A stretch of DNA of 64,000 bases from Azolla caroliniana. Lineage: Eukaryota > Plantae > Polypodiophyta. The notes under the pieces are model-generated. The model was not told the origin of the DNA and did not search any database. It saw only the letters and a program-made list of their open reading frames with translations. Location of the stretch: positions 5,394,001-5,458,000 of the forward strand of contig JBHGNT010000006.1 of NCBI GenBank assembly GCA_043228905.1, read 5' to 3'. How positions within the stretch are numbered: position 1 is the first letter of the stretch; every line of letters starts with the position of its first letter. Below are positions 1 through 11,130 of the stretch, piece after piece. A program made the translations under genes and the position numbers.

Positions 1-27
1 CATAATGCTTTTCTCTTTATTTGGCAG

Positions 28-129
28 AATGTGAAAGCGGTGTTCGACGCAGCTATCAAAGTCGTGTTACAACCTCCTAAACAACAAAAACGTCGAAGAA
101 AGAAGCAGAGGCATTGTACCATACTCTGA
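28..129 (+). CDS. ROP: Terminal exon of a ROP/RAC (Rho of plants) small GTPase; the rest of the gene lies upstream of the window
   Basis: A pyrimidine tract and CAG acceptor at 25-27 precede [33 protein letters not shown]-stop. This is the canonical ROP C-terminus with a polybasic tract and CaaL prenylation box. Confidence 0.95.
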   Translation, partial: NVKAVFDAAIKVVLQPPKQQKRRRKKQRHCTIL

Positions 130-954
130 AGACAGAGACAAGGATTCCTAGTCTCATGTTAAAAGAAGAGCTTTGTGAAGACTATCTTTGAAAGTCAAGG
201 CTTCATTTAGATACATATATATCTATCTATAGTCTTCACTAGCTCTCTTTACCTGTATTGATTTGACTTGGTGCAGACATTTGAGAGGGAACTATTATAG
301 TTCTCTCTTTGTTGTATATGTAGTAGAAGACTTGTTTTAACATCTCCCTATTTTCATTGGGTATCACTAACTAGGTACGTACTACATTGGGAAGAATTAC
401 ATTATGCTATGTTTCAATATTGGAAGTATCTTGCCATTTTTTCCCTTCATTTCTGTCAATATCTCTCTCTCTCATGGGCTCAAATTATATCTCTACTTGT
501 TACCATTGTTTGCATAACATACCTTTGGCTGAATCCGATTCTTCCACTTGAATGATAAAGCATTACCTCTCCAAACACAATGTGAATAATCCTTCCATGC
601 ATCTATTTGTGTAGCCCGACAAAGACCAACAGGGCCCAAAGGAAAGGGCAAATGACCCAACAAGGACACTAAAACCTAGTGGGCCAAACCCTGCAAGTAG
701 AGCAGATGACCATTATGGACACATGGGGTGTATGGATGCTAAACTTAATGTTTGCTTGTAGCCTGAGCAGGTATGTACATATAATAGACAAGCTATTAGG
801 AGCTAGTTTTATCAAAGGGACAAGCATGTAGTAAGTGGGATTCGAGGCTAACAAAGATTATAAGAGAATTTTCTTTTATCCAATTGCATGCATGTCTGTG
901 TATTGGGGGGTGGGGTTAGCTTAACATATATCTCACATAGAAACATTCCCTAGA

Positions 955-957
<3 letters not shown>

Positions 958-1010
<53 letters not shown>
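958..1010. repeat. (TA)n(TATG)n compound microsatellite
   Basis: Directly visible. Confidence 0.95.
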
Positions 1011-1011
<1 letters not shown>

Positions 1012-1447
1012 GAACACCTCGGGTATGCAAAAGCTTTAACTCTATCGGCTAATAGAAAGTTTGACCTCCATATCCATATGTTGTCGAGTATCTCATATTG
1101 TAGATATATGTATGTTTGTTGGATATGCTTTCATTGTATCATCTAATAGAAAGTCAAGAAGATCCGTATGTCATCCAAGTATCTAATCTTATCGATATAT
1201 GTATGTCTTTGTTTACCTATCTTAATCCACTATGAAGGTCAATAGTGTAGTCTAATCATTGTGGATTGCTAAACCGTGTTTTCTTGGTATTTATTGAGGA
1301 TTAGGCAGAGCATGATAGAATAGTGCTATGGGCCGTATAACTTTATTGACAAGCACAATGAGGAGAAGGTGTAATAAGAGTGGGATATGGTGGATTGAAC
1401 ATCATAGCTTATATGTAAAGCACGCACATATACACACATACAACTAA

Positions 1448-1496
1448 GGTTAGGGTTAGGGTTAGGTTTAATGGTAGGGTAGGGTTAGAGTTAGGT
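1448..1496 (+). repeat. Short degenerate (TTAGGG)n tract
   Basis: ggttagggttagggttaggttta...gtagggtagggttagagttagg. Confidence 0.75.
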
Positions 1497-1579
1497 GGGG
1501 CTTATTTAGATGTGAATTTCACAAACTAATGGGCCCAGGGTTCAAATCTCAACTCAACCTACTCTCTTTTGTTCCCTCT

Positions 1580-2064
1580 CCACGATATATGGGAAATTTA
1601 CACTCGATATAAATGGATCACCCCACGAGAGCCACTCCCATCTAAAATGTTGTACTATAAGGAACACTCTGCACTTCTCTAAGTTATGTTTTATTACACA
1701 ACCAAAATATCTAGATACATTCTTATCAAATGCACTAAGGGTTGCCATTGGACAACTTAGGATATCATCTCACCAACTTGAGATTGAGAATGGTTGTACT
1801 AATAGAATCCCTAGAGAGGAAAGGATATGTAGGTTATGTCACATAGAGATAGAGGATGAGTATCACTTTACATGCAAGTGTCAACTTTACACCGAGATAA
1901 GAGCGAAATACCAAGACATACTAGGACCCTCTCCCACCCTCTCCAAACTATTAGATACCCTGGATATAAAGAGACTAGGTAGGTATATCTTTGAGGTAAA
2001 ACAACATAGAGAGAATAAGCTACAAAATGTTAACCATAACCATTTAATATTCACCAACATGTAA
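1580..2064 (+). mobile_element. 3-prime fragment of a non-LTR retrotransposon ORF2 (RTEX/L2-like C-terminal CCHC region), frameshifted
   Basis: Manual translation of 1687-2064 gives CFITQPKYLDTFLSNALRVAIGQLRISSHQLEIENGCTNRIPREERICRLCHIEIEDEYHFTCKCQLYTEIRAKY..., and an upstream frame gives SKMLYYKE. The ORF track misses it because there is no start codon. Confidence 0.8.
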
Positions 2065-2150
2065 CTAATGAAACTTTTCAGGAACAAGGGGAGATGATGA
2101 ATGTGGACACACCTACACCGCTCGCCCTTTCCCTTGCTGAAGCAAAAAAC

Positions 2151-2482
2151 CAAAGAACAACCAAACACCTTTGGATGTCGGGCTTCAAAGCAACTCGACG
2201 TGGAGTAGAAATCATTAAGAAGATAAAGGGAACGTGAGCTGCGCTTGCGCCCGCCTAGAAGCTATGGTTGGGGGTGCCTTTTACATCGGGACCACGGGCC
2301 ACATCCACATCGAGAAGCAAAGAACAACCAAACACCTTTGGATGTCGGGCTTCAAAGCAACTCGACGTGGAGTAGAAATAATTAAGAAGATAAAGGGAAC
2401 GTGAGCTACGCTTGCGCCCGCCTAGAAGCTATGGTTGGGGGTGCCTTTTACATCGGGACCATGGGCCACATCCACATCGAGA
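2151..2482. repeat. Two-copy tandem duplication, period 167 bp
   Basis: caaagaacaaccaaacacc...catccacatcgaga starts at 2151 and 2318, with few mismatches. Confidence 0.95.
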
Positions 2483-2578
2483 CCCTTTGACCTCTTGCTT
2501 CTTTTCGAGAGACTTCGATGGAAATGGAACTAGGCCTAATATAAAGGCCTTTCCTTTCTAGAATATTTTTCTTACTAG

Positions 2579-3013
2579 TAACAATCGGCAACGGTTTGGT
2601 TTGGTTTGAGAGGGTCAAAACCGAACCGTTTAAAATCGTTGAAACTTGAACCAAACCGAACCATGAAACCGTTAAACCGTTAAAACCGTGGTTTTGTGGT
2701 TCAGTTTTGGATTTCAACTTAGGTCAAGTTTTTAAATTTATAATATTTCATTATTTTCAAATTTTCAAATTTTAAAGATCTTCCTAAAATGTGAGAATAA
2801 GGTTTAAAAATAAAAAGATGGTTTAAAAATAATTTTTTAAAATTTAAAAAAAGTAAAATAAAAAAAACCTGACCGTTTAAACCGCGGTTTCTAACTGTTG
2901 AAACCGAATCGAACCGTTTTAAAAAACCTAAACCTGAACCAAACCAAACCAAACCGTTGAAACAGCGGTTTCACGGGTCGATTTGGTTCAAACCGAACCG
3001 TTGCCAATTGTTA
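2579..3013. mobile_element. Non-autonomous hAT-family MITE (435 bp)
   Basis: TIRs TAACAATCGGCAACGG and CCGTTGCCAATTGTTA. Perfect 8-bp TSD CTTACTAG at 2571-2578 and 3014-3021. Many subterminal AAACCG/CGGTTT motifs and an AT-rich core. Confidence 0.92.
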
Positions 3014-3120
3014 CTTACTAGAACTCTTTAGCTTTTAAGTCTTATTTTAATTTTAAATTTAATTTTTTTTTACCTTCGATGAATTGGGTAAATACCCCAT
3101 TTTTGTTGTAAACCAAATTG

Positions 3121-3381
3121 TCTTGTCTTGTCTTGCCATGTGATGGGCCCAATTTTGGTCTTAGAAGACCATATATTTGGGCCAATTTTGGACTTGTCTG
3201 TGATGGGCCAATTTTTTGGTCTTAGAAGACCATATATTTGGGCCAATTTTGGTCTTGTCTATGATGGGCCCAAATTTGGTCTTAGAAGACCATATATTTG
3301 GGCCAATTTTGGTCTTGTCTATGATGGGTCAATTTTGGTCTTAGAAGACCATATATTTGGGCCAATTTTGGTCTTAGAAGA
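3121..3381. repeat. ~60-bp tandem minisatellite (about 4.5 units) directly upstream of the GT47 gene, rich in TGGGCC motifs
   Basis: Unit gtcttgtctrtgatgggccc-aattttggtcttagaagaccatatatttgggccaattttg, built from two related ~30-bp halves. Confidence 0.9.
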
Positions 3382-3503
3382 CTCTTTATTATATATCTTT
3401 CTTTCTCCCCCAAACCTCCTGCAGCATCTCAGCTCACACACAGAAGAAGAAGAAGAAGACGAAGAAGAAGAAGAAGAAGAAGAAGAATCCCTGCAAGTAA
3501 TCC

Positions 3504-4826
3504 ATGGTGGGCAATCACATCTCCTCCTCCTTCTTCTTCTCCTTCTTCTTCTTCTTCTGCTATGCTTCACCATCGCCATCTGTTTCTTCTTCTTTCCCCC
3601 TGTCACAGATACTCTCTTCTCCCCAATTCTTCCGCTCCAACCATGCCCGCATGCTCTCTTCTTTCAAGATCTTCATCTACCCTCTTCCCACCTCCAACTC
3701 GCAGGAAGCTCCCCATTCCAAGCTTCCATGGCTTCTTCAGCCCCAGGATACTTCTGTCTTATTCTTCTCCCTGCTCTCACAAAGCCCCTTCGTGACGCAC
3801 GACCCTGAAGCCGCTGGCCTCTACTTCATCCCACCTTTTTATTCACCATCATCGCCATCTTCTTCTTCCCTGCCAGAAATGGTGCCTCTGAACAGAAAGA
3901 ATTCGGCGAGAGATCTGGTCCAGAAGCTTCGCGATGAGTTTCCATTCTGGCAAAGGACCCTAGGGGGAGATCATTTCTTCGGTGTTTGCCACAGATTTCC
4001 TGGAGACGGATCCCGCAACGTACTGGAACTTCAGAAGAACGCCATATCTATGGCGTGCTCAGAGCTCTTCTGCAGCAATGAAGATGGATCTACAAATATT
4101 ATCCAAGAAAAAGGCATGGATCCTCAGTTTTTCCCACATAAAGACATAGTTTTGCCTCCCTTCCAAAACATTAGTCTGAACGATAAGAAAGAAGCCATAA
4201 CAGAGGAGTACCTTCTGTCTCGCCGGCGTGCTAACTTGGTCTATGTTATGGACTCCATGAATACTGTTGCGAGAAAGCTATGGATCCATGACTCCGAGTT
4301 TCTATTCCATTCCGATCAAGATCTGTCGGAAACAAGCCAGAATTGGTCACAAACTGATCACGGAACGTCACAAACCCATCAAAACGAATCGGGAAGTGGT
4401 CAAGATATACCAGAAACCATAGCTAGCAGCAAGTTCTGCTTAACCTTTGCTACACAAGGATTGATCAAGGTCTGGAAGAAGAAGAGCATTAGCATCGTGG
4501 ATGCCATGGTTGCTGGATGTGTTCCTGTCATAATCTCCCATGGTTACCTCCATAGCTTACCTTTCCAAGACCTTCTAGATTGGACCAAACTCTCTGTCAT
4601 TGTGAGCTCTTCAGAGGACATGGGAAAGCTCAAAGCTGACCTGAAAGCTATGCCAGAAGCAAAGTATAGGGAGCTTCAAAGGAACGTTATCACTGCTTCT
4701 ACCCACTTCCAATGGAATGTTCCTCCTAGGCCGTATGATGCTTTTTACATGATTATGCATCAGTTGTGGCTCCGTCAGCATTCGATTCGGTATGCCCGGA
4801 GGAATATGGGCATTCAATCATCTTAA
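3504..4826 (+). CDS. Exostosin-family (GT47) glycosyltransferase-like protein, intronless, 440 aa
   Basis: N-terminal hydrophobic anchor, then FKIFIYPLP, PFVTHDPEAA.LYFIP, PFWQRTLGGDHF, FFPHKDIVLP, SKFCL, GCVPVIIS, LPFQDLLDW and HFQWN.PPRPYDAFYMIMHQLWLR. Confidence 0.92.
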   Translation: MVGNHISSSFFFSFFFFFCYASPSPSVSSSFPLSQILSSPQFFRSNHARMLSSFKIFIYPLPTSNSQEAPHSKLPWLLQPQDTSVLFFSLLSQSPFVTHDPEAAGLYFIPPFYSPSSPSSSSLPEMVPLNRKNSARDLVQKLRDEFPFWQRTLGGDHFFGVCHRFPGDGSRNVLELQKNAISMACSELFCSNEDGSTNIIQEKGMDPQFFPHKDIVLPPFQNISLNDKKEAITEEYLLSRRRANLVYVMDSMNTVARKLWIHDSEFLFHSDQDLSETSQNWSQTDHGTSQTHQNESGSGQDIPETIASSKFCLTFATQGLIKVWKKKSISIVDAMVAGCVPVIISHGYLHSLPFQDLLDWTKLSVIVSSSEDMGKLKADLKAMPEAKYRELQRNVITASTHFQWNVPPRPYDAFYMIMHQLWLRQHSIRYARRNMGIQSS

Positions 4827-4958
4827 AAAGTATATGTTGTGAGGTGTGGCCATTGCAGAAGGAAGTGTGGTGTCTATCAGCTTGTTGCAGGTGAATTGGT
4901 TGCCCCATGTGCACTCAAGGATGGCCAGTGTCTCAAGGATGGAGCTCCATCCATAAAA

Positions 4959-5231
4959 GACTTGGAGTTTGTCCATAGTTAAGTGTGGTATCACTTGTGA
5001 CAGTAGATGAGAGTAGAGCAGCTTCAATCAATGAATCCATAGAACCTCCAATGTGACTTGGAGTTGTCCATAGTTAAGTGTAACAGTAGATAAGGCTCTT
5101 CTCTACTGTTACAAGTGGTACCACGCAAAAATCTTCCCTGCACATTGGAGGTTCTATGGATTAAATCACAAGAGTAGAGCAGCTTCAATCATTTGATCCA
5201 TAGATTCTCCAATGTGCAGGGAAGATTTTTG
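4959..5231. repeat. Mosaic of direct and inverted duplications forming hairpins, in the probable GT47 3-prime UTR
   Basis: 5126-5161 pairs with 5196-5231. 5035-5056 pairs with 5141-5162. Direct copies start at 4959/5055 and about 5010/5171. Confidence 0.85.
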
Positions 5232-5699
5232 TGCATTCAGAAGTTTAGTGTGGCAGAATTCAGGGTTTGTTTTGGTCCAGGCAAGTGTGATGGCTGCTAA
5301 GCCAAGGCAAACCCTTGAATGTATTTATAGAATGGCCAATATGTCAAAAGACTGGTGTATGTGACAACTCTTTTGAATGAGTAATGCATAGACTATATAA
5401 ATATGTGAGTTTTGCTGTGAATATGTATACAAAGTATGGTAATGGTGAGAATCGAATTTTAATGCATTGAATGGCCTGCCCATATGTGGATGAAGTCGAG
5501 CAATGGCCGGGGAACTCTTCATCTTGTTGATAGGGGTATTCTTGGAAAACATGATTTTTTGATGATTGAGAGATCACAAAAGATGTAGATTGAGCAATCT
5601 TCAAATTACCACCATTTTGGCTTGTGGTTTTTTAGCTGCTGCAGTTGTTTTTTAGTGCTTGTTTTGTCAAAATGCTGCCCACCTTTGGTATACATATTG

Positions 5700-7090
5700 C
5701 GATTTACTTCATATCGTGTTTAATGTTGTTGAGCCTCATTTGTGGTGGCTATGGTGTATTGTTTTTCTGCATTCAGACACATCAAAGCTCAAAAGCTTAA
5801 TCCTTGAAGTTTGTTCCTCCATGGGAAAATTCTAACATTTTTTTGCTAATGGAAATAATAGAACTCCAATGACCTCTTCATCATTAACAATTTTCCCTTT
5901 TGTGACCTTGTCTATACACATCATAAGTTATATATTATGTTCCTAGATGTACAAATGTTCTCTTACAATATGGATTGCGGATTTTGAAAAGACCCACAAA
6001 AGACATTGGTTACATCCACCATTTGAGGGAAGAGGAGTAATCAAGTATAAGCGGTACTTTGCACCTTGAATCATGCTGATGAAACAAATATTTTGCTGAT
6101 GCATAGAAACACTCAATGAACTTCATTGTTACATACAGTGGGATAGGATGGAAATATGCTTTTGAGACTCCTGAGAGAGTTTCCACCTTGTAAAATATCA
6201 TGCCCATGTGGAAACTCTCTCAAGACTCTCAAAAACAAGTTTGTCTTTGGAATTCCACTGGAAAGGAAAATTCTTGAATGCAAGAGATATTGAGTGTATC
6301 ATAGTATTGAGTAGTCTCAAAGTTTGCAAAGCCCAAAAATGGTTGAGCGTCTTTCATGCGGGAGACCGCATAGCTAAGGAATTCCACTTAAGTTTGATCA
6401 AATTTACATTTCTCCAATTTTTTGTATAAAGATGTCCCATGTTTGTAATGTTTGGCAAGCATGAGGTGCGCATGTCTACGAGAAGATGGAAATAATGTTG
6501 TAAGTACACCATGATGAACCGATCCCATGCATTTATTAGGCCGAAACATTAGTATATATTTGTGTTAAGTCCTTGGTGTAGGCATCAGACCTTTCCCATG
6601 GCATTGGCATTGGCACAATATATCCAAGCTACAATATATAAAGAGAGAGGGCAAGGCTAAGATAACCAAGTCAAAAGCATTTAAATGTCCAAGAATTATA
6701 AATTCAACAAGCAAGGCTATTTCTTATGCACTTTCCTAAGCAAGGCTAAAGCTCTTTCACTATTCACTCCTTCTCTGTCTCTGGCTCTCTCTAACCTTAA
6801 TCAAATGCCTAATTACTTAAGTTTATCACATTAAATATATAGACTTGACTTGTGTGTAATGTGGTGATGATTAATTGAAGCACTGTGACTCATTCGTTAT
6901 GATTTCATTCTTTGATTTTATTGATTGTAGTGTTTACATTAAGTCATAGAAGCCGGATCTTGTTTCCTTAATTAAGAAGTGTTAGAAATGAGAAGTTTAT
7001 GTCATGAGCACATAGAAGGGCATACATTCTTGGGGAAACTTGAGCTTACGAGCCTCGTAATCATATCAAATGTAGCGTTGTAAAATTTTA
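5700..7090 (+). mobile_element. Possible highly decayed Ty3/gypsy 3-prime end plus LTR
   Basis: Only faint motif traces (KILECKR near 6267) and a purine-rich tract before TGTTG at ~6496. Boundaries are uncertain. Confidence 0.25.
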
Positions 7091-7394
7091 CATTATTGTA
7101 AACAATTAATGTGGTAGTTACATGTGATAGCCAAATGGCGAACAATACAATAGTCAAGTCATGTGCAAATGTTGATGTTAGGTAGTGAGCGTACCTTGAT
7201 GCTAGGTTGTGGCCATGTGTAAGTCTAGGGATACCATGTGTAGAGAAATGAAAAGCGTGTCAAACTATTTTGGTTCAACACCAATCTAAGCCACACTCTT
7301 AAACTTCTTGTTGTTTATGGTTATCTAACAAATTCCCTTTCCTTATTTGGTTTTCTGATTCAATATTGTCTTTGGCTTTGATGCTAAATTGGAG

Positions 7395-7397
<3 letters not shown>

Positions 7398-7448
<51 letters not shown>
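7398..7448. repeat. (CT)n microsatellite
   Basis: Directly visible. Confidence 0.95.
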
Positions 7449-7451
<3 letters not shown>

Positions 7452-9189
7452 CATGATAATTAATTGAACTTTTCTTGTAGGTATGGAGTCTATCAATAAG
7501 AAAAAATGGATGCACAACCAATTTTGTGGCACTAGATAAAGAGAATCAAAGTCTACTCAAAGACGTAGAATATGTGATTGTTGAGAAGGCATGACAATAT
7601 GAGGAGCTAGTGTAGTGGGTCTAACAACTGAAACAATAAAATTAACATTGTGATAGCAAACTTTAGGAGAACAAAAATCTCCAAAAGAATTAAGTCTCCC
7701 AACAAAGTTCAATATTCCACTAATAGATTTTTGGCATTATATTCAAAAATATTTTTATCTTGAAAAATAAAAAACATGATCTCACTTATGAGGATTCTCG
7801 ATTCAAGTTTTTATGGTAACTGAAACACACCCCCATTCAATACCCAATCTACAATGCTAATGTTGGATTAGTCACTACCTAGTTAATGCTCATATAAACA
7901 CTAGCGTCATTTCCACATTACTAAAGAAGGTCACCATTTCTAGTGTACTTAATAAGTGTATTAATCAAGAGATTCAAGCATGCTTTAGAGATGCATTATG
8001 TTTTTAAATGGATGGTAAATAAGATTAGAAGATTGCAAAAGGAGATAATCTTGCCTTGACAATATGGTAGACTTGCACTTTGTTTCATAGGATTGCTTCC
8101 ACCATGGGATTCACAATAATGGAAAGAACTTGTTTTTTACCTTTTAAGAAGACATGAGATCAGTTAAAGAGGCTATGATTCAAGTTTGATGTGATATCCT
8201 ATTGTTTAAGTGGCATTTAGAGTGCCAACTAATAAAATGTTGCGCCCCAAGGCCATGATAGACATAGGCCAAAATTTGTGTTGATTTATCGAACACAACA
8301 ATTCTATTACACCCAATTGTGTGTAAACTGGTCCATCCACAAGTTTGCACACTTTAGGCTACAGTTGACGTTCATAGGTTTATATTGTATGCTTCACTCC
8401 CCATATCTTTGTAGAGGTATTGGTATTGTTATAAGTTTATCACATGTAAGAGCAACAACTTATAAAGAGAGTTTTTGGAAAAAAAAAAAAAACAACTTCT
8501 AAAGAGAGAGGGTAGCATTAGAAGTAAAATAGATAAAGCCTTGTGTCCTTCCAAGTGTGAAAGGGAACAAAGGTAAAAGCACTTACATGTAAAGGAAAAA
8601 TAAATGTCAATTTTTTGTCTCTTCCCACTTCACATCAATGCATAGGTGTTTGTATGCTACGCCTATTAAGTTATGACATGCCCGGGGGACAATGTATAAG
8701 GGGAGAGGGTAGCCTCCTCGTCACTATTTGGGGGTGAATCATTAAATAGGTGAAGCCCGTGAATCTAGGGCTTGGACGGCCCTGAACTCGTCTCGAATAT
8801 CGTAGACGATCGGGGCCGTCCAATATTTTTGATGTAAAAAGAAAAGAAAAAGAATATAGATAAAAGTAAAAATAGAAAAAAAGGAGAGAAAGAGAGAGAG
8901 AATGTAGCTTCCCGGGTAGTATCATAAGTAAAAGAAAGGAGTGGGTAGTATGATAAGTAAAAAAAATGTAAAGCCTAATGCCTTCCTTAGCATGAAAGGT
9001 CACAAATGTCAAAACACTTAAATGACACCTTTTTGTGTCGTCCCATTTCTTCACTTTCCAAATTTAGGCTAGAATTTTTTCATAAACCTTCCCCCTTCTC
9101 TCTTTCCTAGTTTACCAACTTAAAAATTTAGGTTTGAATTGTATGGAAGTGTTTCAATTTCTTCATTGTGAGTTGAGAGTTTAATGTTA

Positions 9190-11130
9190 AGCTTGCCAAA
9201 GTGGTTAACACTTCATTAACACACTTATGAATGCTCGACATATATTCTTACCCAACTCGGCCACAATAGGAAGTTGCAAACTTGAATAACCCAACACCGT
9301 GAGGATGGCATAATTTGAAGTACCTATATCATGTTCCACCTATCCCTAGATATGTGTTCATAAGATTGTAGGCAACATGAAGATTGATTTACAAAAAAAT
9401 ATTCTAGGTCCAAATGTGATTCAAAATGACACATAATCCTAGAGATCCGTTCTTCTTATCAATGAATAGGATAAACATGTCAATTGGAGGTTTAGCATGG
9501 TGGATGAAGAGTTTCTTGAGATTTTTGTGAATGTGAGATTGGAGCATTGAGGTTCAAAGAACTCATAGATTGGTCAAACGGGAGGAGAGATGCCTTCGTT
9601 GACGTTGATGGGGAATTTCTAAGGTCAGTGTTTGTCGATAATATGCATATTCTTTTCAAACACATCAACTGGGTTCTTGTATTTTATCAGGACAGAATGT
9701 GATTGAATGGTTCCTAGGAATTGGTGGAGTTGACATCGAAGGTGTACACTTGAATATGTTAAGCATTGTACATTCAAGATTGGTTTTATGGACAAATCTT
9801 TACCTTGAAATGCCTTGTGGGAGTATAATTGGAGAAAGAGAAAACTAGGAGAGATATTGTGGAAGCAAATAGAAAATTGATCCATTATGAAATTGTTGGA
9901 ATAGATGGAGCATCAACTCAAACTGGACTCGTGGATACAGATGGAACCCTGGCATGTTGTGGCTTTGTAAATATAAGAGGACCTAGTATAGTTGGCAACA
10001 ATCCTAGTAGAAATTGATATAGTGAGCTTAGAAATCAATTATTGGATTGTGAGGTTTGAGCCAACCAAGGCTAAGGACGATCAAAGGAACCATGAATTTG
10101 GTAATCACCTTAACTAGTATTGAAGCTATTTTTTCATGACCAAGATACCGACATGTTGACCGTTATTAAATGTTGGTAAAGAGGATATGGCTCCAAAATT
10201 GCCTATTCCATATTTTGGAAGATTTTGGAGCCAATGTTGTCATTTGACATGAAAAAGGCCCATGAAGCTTGAGATAAGCGTGAGCACTAAACAAGACCAT
10301 TTCCATTGAAAACAATGAAAATTGTTAAGCCATTGGGCTTTTAGAAAGTTACATGGGGTCGCAAGTGTCTTCCCCTCATTGGGCAGAAACAAACCACATG
10401 ATCAAACTCACTACAAGAAAAACATAGATTGTTGGCACATTGAAGTTACCTCTCAATAGTCGGTAAGGAGAAAAAATTGAGTGAGGGTGGATTCCATCAT
10501 ATTGTTATGAGTGAGAGTGGATTCTACTAGCAAGGAATATGACGTGGGTAGGGCATTTCTCTCCTATACTCAAAATTTGGTGTCATGGCCTATCACTTTG
10601 GGGATGGCCTCATTGAGAGTTATTGGCATGTTGAGATTTAGTAGATTCTTTATGTCACAACAAAGTTTGGGATGAAATTGATAAATGAGCACTTGGTTGC
10701 CCTAGTGCACATCACAATTAAGTCGTTGAAATTTTGATGTGTACATTGAAACCACTTTAGAGCCTTGTTGTAATTTATAAAGTTTATTGACTAAAGTTTG
10801 ATATTTGTCAAACTCTCCAAATGTGGCTTCAAATGCAAAACGAATCCTTAAGAAGTGGTGAAGAGATCTCCAATAACAAGAGAAGTGGTGAATGAGACTA
10901 ATTTGCATGTTTGTTGTTGGTGTAACATTTGGTGTTGGATTTCGACAAAGAGTCATACGCGATTACTGAATCTTTGAAACATTCTTCTGTCCCATTGGAT
11001 TTATCTAGAAGGCTTAATGTCCATTTCAATTGGTGCAACACAATACGGTCAATATTCCACATCAGAATTGTGGTCAATGAATGCTCATGCAAGGAGTCTT
11101 GAAGCAAGGTATTCTTGAGTTGCAATTAGT
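9190..11130 (-). mobile_element. Decayed Ty3/gypsy (chromovirus-like) gag-protease-RT remnant
   Basis: Retrotrans_gag-like FEATFGEFDKYQTLVNKLYKLQQGSKVVSMYTSKFQRLNCDVH at 10702-10956. Zinc knuckle NLCFSCSEFDHVVCFCP near 10380-10435. RT N-terminal traces at 9450-9700. Many stops and frameshifts. Confidence 0.75.

Noticed and set aside
1448-1496. True telomere or chromosome-fusion site
   Set aside because: Only a few degenerate units, with no long array or head-to-head junction.
3121-3381. Regularly spaced ~30-bp repeats resembling a CRISPR array
   Set aside because: The intervening sequences are themselves repeated rather than unique spacers, there are no cas genes, and the context is eukaryotic. 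It is a minisatellite.
3128-3808. 226-aa ORF overlapping the GT47 start, and the antisense poly-Arg/Ser ORF at 3319-3606
   Set aside because: These are translations of the minisatellite and of GAA/CTT microsatellites.
5340-5520. VNMYTKYG resembles a PPR repeat
   Set aside because: A single short match with no continuous frame or further repeats.
6208-6429. FHAGDRIAKEF resembles dUTPase motif 4 (GDRIAQ)
   Set aside because: None of the other dUTPase motifs is present and the surrounding frames are full of stops.
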